Part shown: piece by piece, positions 14,031 to 26,785 of the stretch
How positions within the stretch are numbered: the first letter of the stretch is position 1
Layout: the number at the start of each line of letters is the position of its first letter
Origin: Sphyrna mokarran
Lineage: Eukaryota
Direction of reading: 5' to 3'
Assembly: GCA_024679065.1 (NCBI GenBank)
Contig: JAGIQG010000016.1
Location: 36,208,001-36,272,000, forward strand
DNA length: 64,000 bases
The notes under the pieces: generated by a model
The model's input: the letters and a program-made list of their open reading frames with translations, nothing else
Told to the model about the DNA's origin: nothing
Databases searched by the model: none
Translations under genes and position numbers: made by a program

Positions 14031-14295
14031 TGTAGTATAAGGGTATCTGGAATAGCAAGGGTTAGTGGGTACAGTACTGTGCATAATGTGACGTAAAGAG
14101 ACACATGAGTTGAGTCTAGAGAGAGTTGTGAACTGGACAGAGATGTGTAGAACAAGCCTGGAGTTAACTCTTAGTTTGGACTATGTCCTATATATATGTA
14201 TGTGGTTATGTGTTATCAAATAAATGTTTACTGTTTAATAATAAAAGAATTAGAAGCTATTTGTGAAAGACTTATTGAATGTGCAACATACTACT
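14031..14295 (+). mobile_element. Putative solo LTR
   Basis: Starts tgtagtat and ends atactac (short inverted termini). Contains internal TATA-like and AATAAA signals. About 265 bp, with an imperfect TSD. Confidence 0.45.
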
Positions 14296-14999
14296 TGTAA
14301 ACTTTGAAAATATCCCTGTTGGAGCAAGTTGGCCCTGAAAATAGAGAGGGAGAGGGGAGACCAGCAGGGTGGAAAGAGCCTGCAAAGTTGTGAATGTGAA
14401 TGCCTTAATGGCAGTGCTTAATTTCAACAGCCTGTAGACTCCTAACTTGGCAGTCAGCTGAATTAATAGTCTGGCCTGAGCAATGTGTGAATAAGCACTA
14501 GGGACCACAGCCAGGGACTCGATTATTTGGAAGTTGAAGTGGGGAGGCCAGGGCACTGGGGTTGCAGAAGGGGAACTTGAATATTGAAACCACAATCAGA
14601 ACTTGAGATGGCCAAAAACTTCCTGGTGAGGCCTTGGGGAAATGTTGCTGCTCCTCCTGGCTCACAAGGATTGCAATAAAAAGCTGATCTTCAGGGTAAT
14701 CAGCACTTTGCGTTTGATTCCCCATATTGAACACCATGTGGCTCACCACGATTTGCAATCAAACTTATGTTGTGATGCTGATGATGTCAACAGACAACAA
14801 CTTTTGAATCTTTTAATTGGTTGTCCATCTGTTTTTTGCAGGAGCCTCATCAATTGCTTGATTTTGTATTTCTAAAGATGTATCGTATGATATGAGGTTT
14901 AAACTCAGATGGTTGAGTCTGAAGCGTAACGTTACAAGAGCTTATCGACACTGAGCTGCATTACTGCCGAGTGTCATACTTCAGATTGTTGGTTTCCAT

Positions 15000-15290
15000 A
15001 AAATGTACAAGATAAATGGTCAATCATTTAGGACTGAGAGGAGGAGAAACTTGTTCATCTCAGAGACTTTTGGATTTCTGGAATTTTGTACCCCAGTGGG
15101 TTGTAGATGCTCAGTCATTGAGTATATTTAATTCTGCATTGGAGAGGTTTTTCGTCTTTGAGGGAAACGAGGGACATGAGGAATGAATGGGAAAGTCAAG
15201 TTGTAGCAGATCAGCCATGATGGCACTGAATAGCAGTGTAGGCTTGAGGAGCCATATGGTCTATTCCTGCTCCTATTTCTGATGTTCCCA
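15000..15290 (+). mobile_element. CR1 LINE 3' end fragment
   Basis: catttaggactgagaggaggagaaac...ggaattttgtaccccag...gatcagccatga...ctattcctgctcctatttctgatgttc. Confidence 0.8.
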
Positions 15291-15557
15291 CGTAGGACTT
15301 TTCACCAGCATAGGGCACAATATCCGAGCTGTTGGAGCATTGTCTGCTGACATTTCAAAGTGCTTCTTTCCTGTAGACATGACTAAACATGTCTTTGAGA
15401 GAATTTTGAGTTGTGTGTAAACCTAGGGGTGTAAATTTATTTAAGGGTAGCTGAAAAATTATATGGGGCCTAATGAATGCAACTTGCCTATCTGTTAGAG
15501 ATGTAGCTTGAGTGCTTTGGTTCAGTTAGAAGGCTGGTCTGAATTTATTTCCAAATT

Positions 15558-15875
15558 CACAGAATCACAGAATCCCTATCGTGCAGAAGGAGGCTATTTG
15601 GCCCATCGGGACTTCACAGACAACAATCACACCCAGGCCCCGTCCCCATAACCCCACCTACTTATCCTGCTGGTCCCCTCGACACTAAGAGCAATTTAGC
15701 ATGGCCAATCTACCTAACCTGCACATCTTTAGAGTGTGGGAGGAAACCGAAGCACCTGGAGAAAACCCACGCAGACATAGGGAGAATGTGCAAATTTCAC
15801 ACACGATCACCCAAGATCTGAAATGAACTTGGGTCCTTGGCACTATGAGGCAGCAGTGCCAACCACTTGTTACCC
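15558..15875 (-). mobile_element. HE1 SINE
   Basis: Reverse complement of the HE1 pattern: agaatcacagaatccc...caatttagcatggccaatc...gaggcagcagtgccaaccac. Confidence 0.92.
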
Positions 15876-17274
15876 ATTGGGGTGCAGACCACCATGTAGA
15901 TTTTTTTGTTGGGTCACTGGGTGCCCAGCGGAAAGCAAAAGGTGCCCTTAAATTTGACATCTTTCTGCAGCACATGTACGGCTATTCCTTTAACTGTATG
16001 GAGAAATATGGAGCAGCCTGGGAGAGAATGGTTGCGACAGTATTGCTGGGAAAAGCCATGAAAGGATTCCGGAATCCACAGCTGGTGGAATGATGCTGGG
16101 CAGGAACTGTGAGTACAGTCTATAGAAGCTCACAGGTTCTAATCACACATTCAACGTATTGCTCTCCCAGCAGTACCCAAGGGATCAGTTCATTCTGAGC
16201 ATTACCCAAACAAAGTCAATGAGTCCCAGCACCAACTGATAAGGTCAAAAGTAACATTGGAATTTATTTCATTTGTTGAGACAAAATAGCCCTTTGTTTC
16301 ACTATATTTTTCATGCTGTTTTATATATTGAAGTGGCTATTGCATATGGTGTATTTGGAGGTGGAGGAGGTGGTGGGGGAGTGATGTCCTATGGTCAGGA
16401 GATCACATTAAAAGAGATAATTCAGCTCATGTTCACCTTATGATCGCAGTTTGTAGTCTGGACAAAAACTATGCCACTGATGGCCAATATGCTGATGGAA
16501 GTCTGCTCCTAATTAAATCAGTGGAGGAGAGATTATCATCGTGTGGAAGTTGCATTTGGTTCGGATCGGGATGACCCGGCGTGAATGTGATTCTTCCGAC
16601 TTTCCCGTTCACAGCTGCCCTGTTCCAGTTGATTAATCAGACATCAGCAAAAAATCAGAGGCATTGTTTCAGTGTGTCTCTGCAGTGACAGCAGTGACTT
16701 TGTGTTATCAAACTGCATCAGAACCCTTGGGTATTGTTTCCAAATTTATATTCTTTTTAAAAAAAAACGAAGCTGAACACATTAGTTCTATTTGCACGAA
16801 GGTGTCAATTTATGCTTAATCTGCTGTGGGTTTCTAAGTTTAGTACTCATGTCTGAATGCCCACATTTTTGATGCATAAGCACATGCAGGAATAATAACT
16901 GATTGCTAAAATTAAGGTCCTATCCAGCAATAAGCATGACAATAGCTTACATTTTATAGTGCTCCTCACGTAGGAGAATGCTACAGAGGTACATTGCAGG
17001 CTAATGGTATGAAAGTCTCTCTTTCCTACCAGTTGTAGAAATCCTAATGAAATGGGTTTGATTAGCCTCTACCCAGTTTCAGTTGGCTTTTTTTGTACCA
17101 CATTTATTTAACCTACAGTGTCCTGGGAAGAAAATAAAGATGTTGCACTAATCGAAGGTAGGAGTGAATGCATATTGTTGGGTAGAATAAATAGTGTGGA
17201 GATGGTGGAAATTACGCTGCATCTGATCTCAAGAGTGGTCAATGCTCTTGCTTTTAGAAAACAAATTTGCAAAG

Positions 17275-17432
17275 TTGGCAGTTCCCAAGTATTGCCATTC
17301 CCCAGTATCACAATCTCCTGAATTGTCATTCCACAGTATTGCCTTTCCCAGTATTGTTGTTTCCCGGCATGGCCGTGCCCCAGCTTCACCTTTCCCTGGT
17401 GCCACCTTTCCCCGAAGTCACCGTTCCCAGAT
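17275..17432. repeat. Degenerate ~15-bp minisatellite (cccrgyatygccrtt), left part
   Basis: Repeated units cccaagtattgccatt / cccagtatcacaat / cccagtattgttgtt / cccggcatggccgt. The array continues at 18755-18965. Confidence 0.65.
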
Positions 17433-17439
17433 CTGCTTG

Positions 17440-18752
17440 CAAAATGTAACTTGTGGGGTGCCACAGGGTCCTTGGGTCCCAACTATTTACAATCCATTTT
17501 AATGATAGTAGATACTGTAGCCAAATTTGCAGATAACTTTTAAAAAGGTGGGATAGTAAATTGCAATAATGAAATAAGAAATTTGTAAATGGATATGAAT
17601 ATGGTTAAGTGAATGAGAAAAAATTTGGCAAATGGAGTTTAAATGGACATGTGTGAGGTTATCCATTTTGGTAGGAAAAATACAGAGCAAATTATTACCT
17701 AAATGGAGAGAAACTTCAGAGCACTTCAATGACAGTGATCTGGGTGTCCCTATGCATGGATCACAGAAAACTAGCATGCAGGTACAGCAAGTAAAAAGGA
17801 AGGCAAATGAAATCTTGGTATATATTGTCGAAGGAATAGAATATAAAAGTAATGAAATGTTGCTGCAACTGTACAAAGCATTACTGAGACTGCACTTAGA
17901 ATATTGTGCGCAGTTTTGGTCTCCTTACTTGAGGTGGGGTGTAATTGCATTGGAGGTGGTTCAGAGGAGGTTCACTAGATTGATTCGAGAGATGAAAAGT
18001 TGGCTTGTGAAGAGAGATTGAGCAGTTTAGGCTTATACTGCCTGGAATTTAGAAGAATATGAAGAAATCTAATTGAAGTGTACAAGGTGATAAAAGGTAT
18101 TGACAAAGTAGATGTAAAGAGGATGTTTCTTCATGTAGGGCAATCATAGAATCCCACAGTGCAGAAGGAGGCCATTCGGCCCATTGGGTTTGCACAGACC
18201 ACAATCCCACCCAGGCCCTATACCATAACCCTGTGCATTTACCTTCGCTAATCTCTCTGACACTAAGGGGCAATTTAGCATGGCCAATCCATCTAACACA
18301 CACAGCTTTAGACTATAGGAGGAAATTGGAGTATCCGGAGGAAACCCATGCAGACATGGTAAAAATGTGCAAACTCCACACAAACAGTGACCTAAGCTGG
18401 GAATCAAATTCAGGTTCCTGCACAATGAGGCAGCAGTGCTAACCACTGTGTCACCGTCTGCCCCAAGAACTAGAACTAGAATCCAGAACTAGAGGTCATA
18501 GTTTTAGGATCTGGAGTGATAGGTTTAAAACAGAGATAAGGTGAAATTACTTCTCTATAAGAAGGCTGTGGAATTCAGTGCCCCAGAGTTTGGTAAATCT
18601 GGACAGATTTTTAATCAGTAAGGGTTTGAAGGGCTATGGTGAATGGGCAAGAAAGTGGAGTTAAGGCCAAGATGAGATAAACCATGACTGAAAAAATGGT
18701 GGAGCAGGCTCAAGGAGCTGAATTGCGTATTCCTGCTCCTAATTCTTATGTT
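17440..18752 (+). mobile_element. 5'-truncated CR1 LINE (RT C-terminus and 3' UTR), pseudogenised
   Basis: Translates to GVPQG, KFAD and LYKALLRLHLEYCAQFWSPYL...LEVVQRRFTRLI. Tail ttcctgctcctaattcttatg. Confidence 0.92.
18143..18464 (-). mobile_element. HE1 SINE nested in CR1
   Basis: Full HE1 reverse complement interrupting the CR1 sequence gtagggcaatc|cagaactagaggtcatag. Confidence 0.92.
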
Positions 18753-18754
18753 TT

Positions 18755-18965
18755 TAGTTTCCCAACATTGCCATTCCTAGATGTCACCATTCCCAACATG
18801 TGTACCCTTGGCATCGCTGCTCCCTGGTATCACTGTTCCCAATTATCGCCATTTTCTAGCCTCACCATTTCCAGGCCTCACCATCCCCCGGTTTTGCCGA
18901 TCCCAACATGGCCATTGCCTGGCTACCATTCCAGTGTACTTTCATTCTCTGGCATCGCTGACTGT
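18755..18965. repeat. Degenerate ~15-bp minisatellite, right part
   Basis: cccaacattgccatt / cctggtatcactgtt / cccaacatggccatt, the same unit as 17275-17432. Confidence 0.65.
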
Positions 18966-19861
18966 CATCGTTGTTGCTTAGCATCATCATTCCATTCAAC
19001 ACAGATCACACCCAGAAAGTTAATAGTTAATCAGCTAAGCAACAGACATTAAAACATGTCTTTGAAATTTAAAAAAGACAATAACCCACTGCTACATTTT
19101 GAAAGGTGACCTGATGGGTTCGGAAAAAACATCATGGGACATCAAAATGGGTTATTAACCATGTTCATGTCCCCTCTAAAATGGTGAGAAAATTTCCTAC
19201 AAATATGTTATGCATTTGTAATTATCTTAACATAATTTAAAGGACATTATTTATTTTGGCTACTACTTTATTCAGAAGTGCATGTGCAGATCCCAAACTC
19301 CTGATGTGAGGAGTGAAGCATATGCGGGATGTCATGTTGTAAAATTGGAACCAGACAGTGGAATTACAAGGGATGGGATTTGATGGGTAGTGGCAGGGAA
19401 GGGATTGTCACACTGTTCCACTTTTATTAATGAGACTTTAGAGGAGCAGCGAGCCAATTTAACTGCCAGTATCATGTCCTTATGATACATCAGTACGTAC
19501 ACATGGCCTCTGGTGTCAGCAAGGATCCAGGCCCATGTAGGTGCTTTAGAAAATGTTTGAATTTATGAAGTGCTTTCTCTAGCCCCACAAGGACACCTTT
19601 GGCATCTGCATGAATTGGGTTTCTGCTCATGGAGTTGCTGACGCGACCCTAATGCTCCAATCTGTACTTCCCTTATGGCAAATTGTTTCGGTGGGTTCCT
19701 GGTGGCAGTCTGGCTCTCAACCAACTTTGAGCCCACCCACCAGAGGTGACGTCATTCCTGCTGACTTCAGGCAGACTCGGAATATGAACAAGAAAGGCCT
19801 GAGATATAATGGCACTTAATGATTCAAGACAGCACCCACTGTTGCCCCACCTCTTGATTCC

Positions 19862-20693
19862 TAATTTAGGTTGTGATGAGGATATTGCAATTCTGCAACA
19901 GCATATAGATTGTTTGGGATACTGGGTGAAAACCTGGCAAATGGAATTTAAATGTGGTGTCATGTACTTTGGCAGGAGGAATCAAAATGCTAATCATTAT
20001 CCAAATGGAGGGAGACTGCAGATGAGTGAAGTACAGAGGGATCTAGGTATTCTAATGCATGAACCACAAAAAGCTCACAGGCAGATCCAACAAGTAATTA
20101 AGAAGACAAATGGCACTTTGACCTTTATTGTAAAGGGGCTGTTTCAAAACAGAGATATTTTGTTGTACTGAATGATGGTGAGACCTCACTTGGAATACTG
20201 TGTGAAGTTTCGGTACCCTTACTTAAAAAAGGTTTTAGTAACATTGGAGGCAGCCAAAGGAGATTCACCAAGCTAATTCCTGGGATGAGAGGGTCCTGTC
20301 AAGAGGGACTAAATAGTCTGCGTGTGTAGACTTTGGCCTTTAGAAGATCCTGAGGGGGCTTGACAGGATAGGTGATGATCTATTTTCACTGGTAGAAGAG
20401 TTTCTAACCGCGTAACCTAGCTACAAGATAAAGGGCCTGTCATTTTGAACTGAGGTGTGCAGCAATTTCTTCTCACTGAAGGTGGTTCATTACTGGAATT
20501 CTCTGCCCCAAAGAGTGGTGGAGGCTGGGTCATTCGAAGTATTTAAAGTGGAGGTGGATAAATATTTGATAAATTGAGGAATAGAGGGTTGGGGGGAAAT
20601 GGCACAGAAAAGGAGTAGGTCTGCCTTGGTCATGATGAATGGCTTTGAAAGGCCTAATGGCCTACTCCTGTTTTTATTTCTTGTATTCTTGTG
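19862..20693 (+). mobile_element. 5'-truncated CR1 LINE
   Basis: WVKTWQMEF..GVMYFGRRN, VQRDLGILMH, VRPHLEYCV. 3' tail ggcctactcctg...tcttgtattcttgtg. Confidence 0.9.
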
Positions 20694-23139
20694 TGCGTTA
20701 AAATTGTCCTTTCAACTTATAGTTTACATATGGATTGTATGAGGGAGGGAAATCTGGTGGAGCTAATGGGGCATGTGGGACATCAAGGTGAATAAAATGT
20801 TTATATTTATTTAATAGTATGAAATGAAACTGTTCTCTACCCAGCAGGGTGAATAGGGCTGAATTTTTCCCTCCCCCACTGGCATGCTTAAAGAAGGTCC
20901 TGTAAAATATATGCCTCCCCCTACCCCACGCTTTTACAGGGCGAGGTGGTTTTAGGGAGGCGTGATAGAGGTGGAAGTTTCACCTTTAGCCAATTACTGT
21001 TTTGGGGCAGCCTCTTTGGGTGGCAAGGCAGGAGATTGTTCGCAATTGAATCTTCTTTCCACTTAAAGTTACCAGAAAGGTACTTCAAACTCTTTTGAGA
21101 GTCTTGCTTCCTGGTCTCACTGTTGTGCTTATTTGGTCTGAAATTTAAAAACTTGGCAGTATTTCATCAGTGGAAAAATAAAAGGTAGCACAGTGAAAAA
21201 TTGGCTGCTGATTTGCTGCGAGCAAGTGTTGTGCTGCCTGCGTAAATCAGTCTCACCCCTTAGATGTTTGAATTTGCATTTTTGACAAACACAGAAGCTG
21301 AAATAGTGTGTGTAAAAGCACAAAGTGCCTTCTAATCAGTAATCCTTCAAGAATGATGTACTGTAAAAGGGTACTCACCTTCTATGGTCTCTATAATTGT
21401 TGTATCACTAAGACAACCAGTGCAGTGATGTGCTCACTAATAGTATATAGGCTCCTCGATCATGTAATGTAATTTCATAGGTGTGGAAGAGTCTGAATAT
21501 CATGGTCTCTTGATTCACAGCATTGGAGAAAGGTTGCAATCCTGTTTGCTGGGTTCCCTCAGCAGCAGCACTGTGTCTGTCTTACTTTCTGGATCTTCTG
21601 TAATTTTCACTAAACTGTACATAAAAAGCGGTGGTGACATATTTTATTTGTCACACGGGGAAAAAAAATCTCCCCAATGTGGTGCTCCAGACATCATCTC
21701 GTGTTGTACATTTTACGCTAATAATGTGTTTTAGCTGCCAGAGTTGTGAAAGCAATGGGTAGTAATTTTACTGTTAAGTTTCAAGCAGTTTGATACCGAC
21801 AATCAGACCAACACAAATCGTTTGCCTTGCCTCCGTGGTAAGTATCTCTGGAATTTACATTACCCTTTTAGGTCTTGCATGATTGATGATGCAGGACCCA
21901 CTACTGCTGACCCAGTGCTGAGCAGCTGCGAAATGCCAGGATGTAGACAAACTTAATAACATGGGAGGGGGGCTACTTCCTGCTGAGGAGAATGCGAGCC
22001 CTTACCAGATAGAAAAATAAGCCTGAACCTCTGCCCAGGCTATTTAACACTAGGTGGTATGACCCATGTGCTTAAATATCTAACTCACCAACAGTAGGAA
22101 TCAAACGCTTTGACTTATGTCATGGTTCTTGCCTGTATTAAAGATTAATAGAAACAGCTCGTTGCAGAATTTGATTATTTTTTAAAATAACTGGAGAAAT
22201 AAAATCTTGTCTTTTACACTGGGCAGCCAATCAACATTGCAGCTCTCATAATTGCGGCTGTTGGAAGTCTGTTGTTGGCTTGGCTTTCATAACATGCCCA
22301 GAAGCCTTTCAATACTGGAGACACTCCACAGGAATTTGTGTCTATCCTGCTGCCAGCATAGTAAGGTTACTTCTACGATGAAGCCAGCCCTTCAGGTTAC
22401 AAAGAGATATTTTCAGTAAGACCCAATTGTTTGCATAATTCATGCAGCATAACTAACGACTTGTCAGACGTAAGAGAAAAGAATGTGAAATCTGTTTGTG
22501 ATATGGGATCGATATGTGGTGTGCAAGAATGAAAATGTTTACCTGCTGAGGAGTCATCAAGTATCCAACAGTTTTTCCAAGGTGTCCCTGGAAAGTGAAT
22601 GATCTTGCCTTATTTACTGATTGGCTTGAAGCTATTTGACAGAATAGTCAGAGAGAGATAAATCCAACAGGCATTGAGCTTTTATTGAGTGTTTTAGTGT
22701 TTGAGGGAATTTCAGTGAAATGACTGCTGCTTGCATAGCAACAGTAATAACAGGCAATGTTAAGCAGCCTGGTATTTAGGAAGTTTAACTCGCAGACTTG
22801 GATTTGAACATATTTTAAATAAGAGCAAGAACAGGCCACTTAGCTTCTCAAACCTGCTCCATCATTCAATAAAATCATGATCACTGAGCACCGCAAGGCT
22901 GTCTGGTAGGAACTCCCAATGGGCACTACCTGACCTTGCCCCTGACCACACAGGGTACTTCAATGGCCTCCAAGTCCCGCCCCCGTCAGCTTGACCATTG
23001 TGTCAGATCTGTGCTAGTGAAGACCTGCAGTGATTCTCGTTGTTATGGCACCAGACCCAAAGGTTGGAAAGTTCTGTGGGGCTATGCATATTTAAATGCT
23101 ACTTTACTACTTCAAATGCTACATTTAAATGCTAAATGG

Positions 23140-23457
23140 ATGGCACAATGGCACAGTAGTTGGCACTGCTGCCTCACAGTGCCAGGGACTCTGGTTCAAT
23201 TCTGGTCTGGGGTCACTGTCTGTGTGGAGTTTGCACATTCTCCCCATGTCGGCATGGGTTTCCTCCAGATGCTCTGGTTTTCTCCTACAGTCCAAAAATG
23301 TGCAGGTTATGTTAATTGGCCATGTTAAATTGTCCCTTAATGTCAGGGAAAGTAGCAGGGTAAATATATGGGGTTACGGGAATAGAATCTGTGTGGGATT
23401 GTCATTGGTGCAGGCTCAATGGGCTGATTGGCCTCTTCCTGCACTGTAGGGAGTCTA
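23140..23457 (+). mobile_element. HE1 SINE
   Basis: tggcacagtagttggcactgctgcctcacagtgccaggga...ggttcaattc...gcactgtaggga. Confidence 0.92.
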
Positions 23458-24994
23458 AATATGATAACAGCCTCTGTGTCATTGAAGAGGGGTCAGGAAC
23501 ATAGCAAACTATTGCATGCAGGTTTCCAGGATTGTTGTGCTGCTTGCTGAGCGCCATGAGGTGGTAAAATTGCCCTCTGATTTTGACGATGTCCAAAGGA
23601 TAACTTCTCCACTTCTATATTTTATTTCCCACGCAATAAATACGAACAATATATTAGCTTTCCTTGCCAAATTTAACAGTTGGGATCCCTCATACGCATT
23701 GTGTTGTTGGTCAAAGATTAGAGAAAACTGACTGTGTGAGGGTTACGTCACCTCTTCAACACCTTGAGCATGCTTTTCTGGCTGTTGAGTAATGAACATC
23801 ATTAATTGTATCCACGGAGATTGTGGATTGCACTATTCACCCTCACTAACTGAAGTGAAAAATGTGCATACGTGCATCTAAGTAGGGTAGGAAGTAGACA
23901 AGAAACGAGAGCAAAAATATAATTTTCTGAATATATGCTAGGTTGTGCATTTGATTTTAATGAGTAATAATTCACAGTGCACAACACTGCCCAGTGGAAA
24001 TCTATCGAAATTGGTTTTGTTCTTTTCCCTGCTTCTCCATCCAGTTAACTACTTACCGAATACACTATTTTCAACCATTCTGCTGGTTTCCAGTTTTTCT
24101 AATTGCATTCACTAAATGTATTAAACTAAATGCACTAAACTGTATTAGTAGCAGCAGGTAATACTTGGAGCAAAAAATAGCAAAGAATAGACCAGTATTT
24201 GGAGCAAAAAATAGGCAATGAATAGACTAGTAAATATTCCAACCAATCTTGCTTTTGCTGCTAACTTTTAAAATAACTTTGAAGGTAAAATGAGAGTAAG
24301 GATTGGATTGTTTTGTAACAAAACAGAAAAATTGAAGGTAATTAAAGTATTAATTTGGAAAGTGATTAAATTGTTAACTGTGACTCAGAATGCCATTTTG
24401 AAGTTTTAATAATTCAGGATTATTGTTTAATATGGATTTGATAAGCTCATTAAATCACCTTTCCTTTAATGATGCAGCAGTGAGGAATAATAGTCAAAAG
24501 GTAAATCTTTCCTGACTAAATGAAAAGAAAATGAGGAAGCCTAATGGCTTGTGTTTGGCAGCTTAAGCTCCTGTTTTTACTGTCACCTTCATTTTATTCA
24601 TGGTTGTCACTGTTGGGTCATGCATTATTAATAATAATTTTAGGAACATTTAGCATAGATGCCAGCACAGTGCCATGCTCGCTTTCAACCCTAACCTACA
24701 GCATATTGTTGTGCTGGTTGAAAAATGTTCTTAAAACGATTACACCAGAGAACCACAGCTGGCCCAAATGTCCATGAAATCTGCTGTGCTTGATTTTTTT
24801 CCACTTACCGCATCTGCAGCGACAGGTTTTATTTAACCCTTCTTCAGATTTAAATGTAATCCGTTCTCAATTTGGTGAAATATTTAAGTGAGATAAATTG
24901 GTAAAAATTATTTATAAAGATAAACGTGAAGATCAAACGCACGAAAAAAAGGCCTCCAGAATTGTGCAGTATATTAGTTAGTGCCTAAAGTGAG

Positions 24995-25170
24995 AGTAAT
25001 GTTTTGGGTGTGTAAGCCTTCATCAGAACAGTTGTGTTCTGAGGCTTTCACAATGTGGATACATGTCTGCTCTGATTCTGTAGGTGTAAGCTTCCAGCCC
25101 TGATGAAGGGTCAGAGCTGAAATGTGAACATATCTTTCAGCTGCGGATGCTGATTGTGTTGCTGTTGGTG
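24995..25170. mobile_element. Old Penelope-type inverted terminal pair with two divergent hammerhead-like cores
   Basis: Minus strand CTGATGAaggcttacacacccAAAACatta (box at 25020-25026). Plus strand CTGATGAagggtcagagctGAAAtgtg (25100-25122). Confidence 0.5.
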
Positions 25171-26199
25171 CGTTTTTTTCAAATTATATTATTTGCTTGT
25201 TTCGCATATTCTGAGTCTGGTTTTGCGATGTATTCAGAATATCAGAGCAATTTTCTAACGCAATAGGTTCTCGAAAATAGGGTTTAATGGCAGCCTTTTG
25301 TGATTAGAAATTCTACCATTTTCAAGTAGCATGCATATAAATAAGTAAAATAAGATAAATAAAAAATCCTATGCTGCTCTTTTGGAGGAAGGTGTCCAAG
25401 ATTAATTCTCCTTTTTTTTCCTCTTCAAACTGATGCTACTGTTTACAGTGACAATAACAACTGCAAATCTCCTACGGTCTGAATTTGGCTGTTTTAGGTT
25501 ATTCCACAATGCACAGATTTGGCTCAAATTTTGATGCATTTTGTACTTGGAGGTGCCTGCTACCTTTTTGCAAGCAATGCAGCGATCATAAATAAACGGT
25601 GAAATATTGTTCCTGTATAAATGGCTGCCTTATATCCTGCCACAGGCTGGCTGGCAAATTAGCAGCTGCTAGATGTTTTGGGATAGGAGCGGAGCTTCAA
25701 ATGCTCACTGAAAAATATTGTCCTGTGACATCCCGCTGAATGTACTGGTTCCTACCAGTGTCAAGGTCATTGTGGGTCTTTATTCTCTGGCAAGCTCATG
25801 TTGAGTTTATGCATTGTCTGCCAATCTCATGTTTAGTATGTGTGAGTCTCTTAGTGGGAATGCTTGCTTCACTTTGGCAACCTGTGACAAGTGCATGTCT
25901 TACTGGATGTGTATCTTGGGACTGAAAAATGTACAGCAACTTTGGGCAGTATTTTCCTACTGGGAGCTGGGAAATGGACATTGGGACATTTTTGGACTCC
26001 CGTAGTGGAGGGGGAGGGGAATGGACCCCTATTTTGAGAGGAGTGTCATTTTAATTGGTTTGAAAACAGGCAAAAGCAGAGGCAGGACTGTGCAAGTGAC
26101 TTTGGCAATCACGGCTATCTGTAGATGCCATTTTATTGCATTACCTGAGGTTAGAAAAATTTCTGCTGAGAGGCAGAGGTCTGAAACATGAGGCAAGGA

Positions 26200-26310
26200 A
26201 GCCACTTGCCACGAGGAAGCTGTGGGTTGCCCTCTTCCTGGAGAGTGAAAGGGGTGGCCACCCTCCAGGACTAAGAAGGTCTAAATGGAGATAGCTGACA
26301 CTGTCAGCTG
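26200..26310 (+). pseudogene. Relic of Harbinger Myb/SANT-like ORF
   Basis: With one frameshift it reads ALFLESE...PPSRTKKV*MEIADTVS, resembling the LFP.SGRR...TK.AW.EVA..VS pattern of Harbinger Myb-like proteins. Confidence 0.4.
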
Positions 26311-26317
26311 ATGTTAA

Positions 26318-26785
26318 TAGAATCATAGAATCTCTACAGTACGAAAAGAGGCCATTCAGCCCATCGAAGTTGCACTGACCACAATTTCACTAAGACCCTT
26401 TTCCGTAATCTGCATATTTACCCTGCTAATCCCCCGATACTAGGATTAATTTAGCATGGCCCATCAACCTAACCGGCATATCTCTGGAGTGTGGTAGCTG
26501 TGGACATCTTCAACATTTGCAACGAAGAGCATTTTCAGCAATGCAAAATGGGAATCCATGGTGGAGATGGTGATTAGCAAGTGCAGAGCATTCATTAAAG
26601 GACTGCATTGCACTCTTATCCATCCAAAAGCATGTGGGAGGAAACCAGAGCACCCGGAAGAAACCCACGCAGACACTGGGAGAATGTGCAAACTCCACAC
26701 AGATAGTGATCCGAGGTTGGAATTGAATCCGGGTCCCTGTTGCTGTGAGGCAGCAGTGCCAGTCACTGTGCCACCATGCTGCCCT
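26318..26785 (-). mobile_element. HE1 SINE carrying a 138-bp internal insertion
   Basis: HE1 reverse complement is interrupted at ...ggagtgtgg|insert|tgtgggaggaaacc. Confidence 0.92.

Noticed and set aside
17632-18021. 129-aa RT-like ORF as a functional gene
   Set aside because: It is a fragment of a 5'-truncated, frameshifted CR1 interrupted by a SINE.
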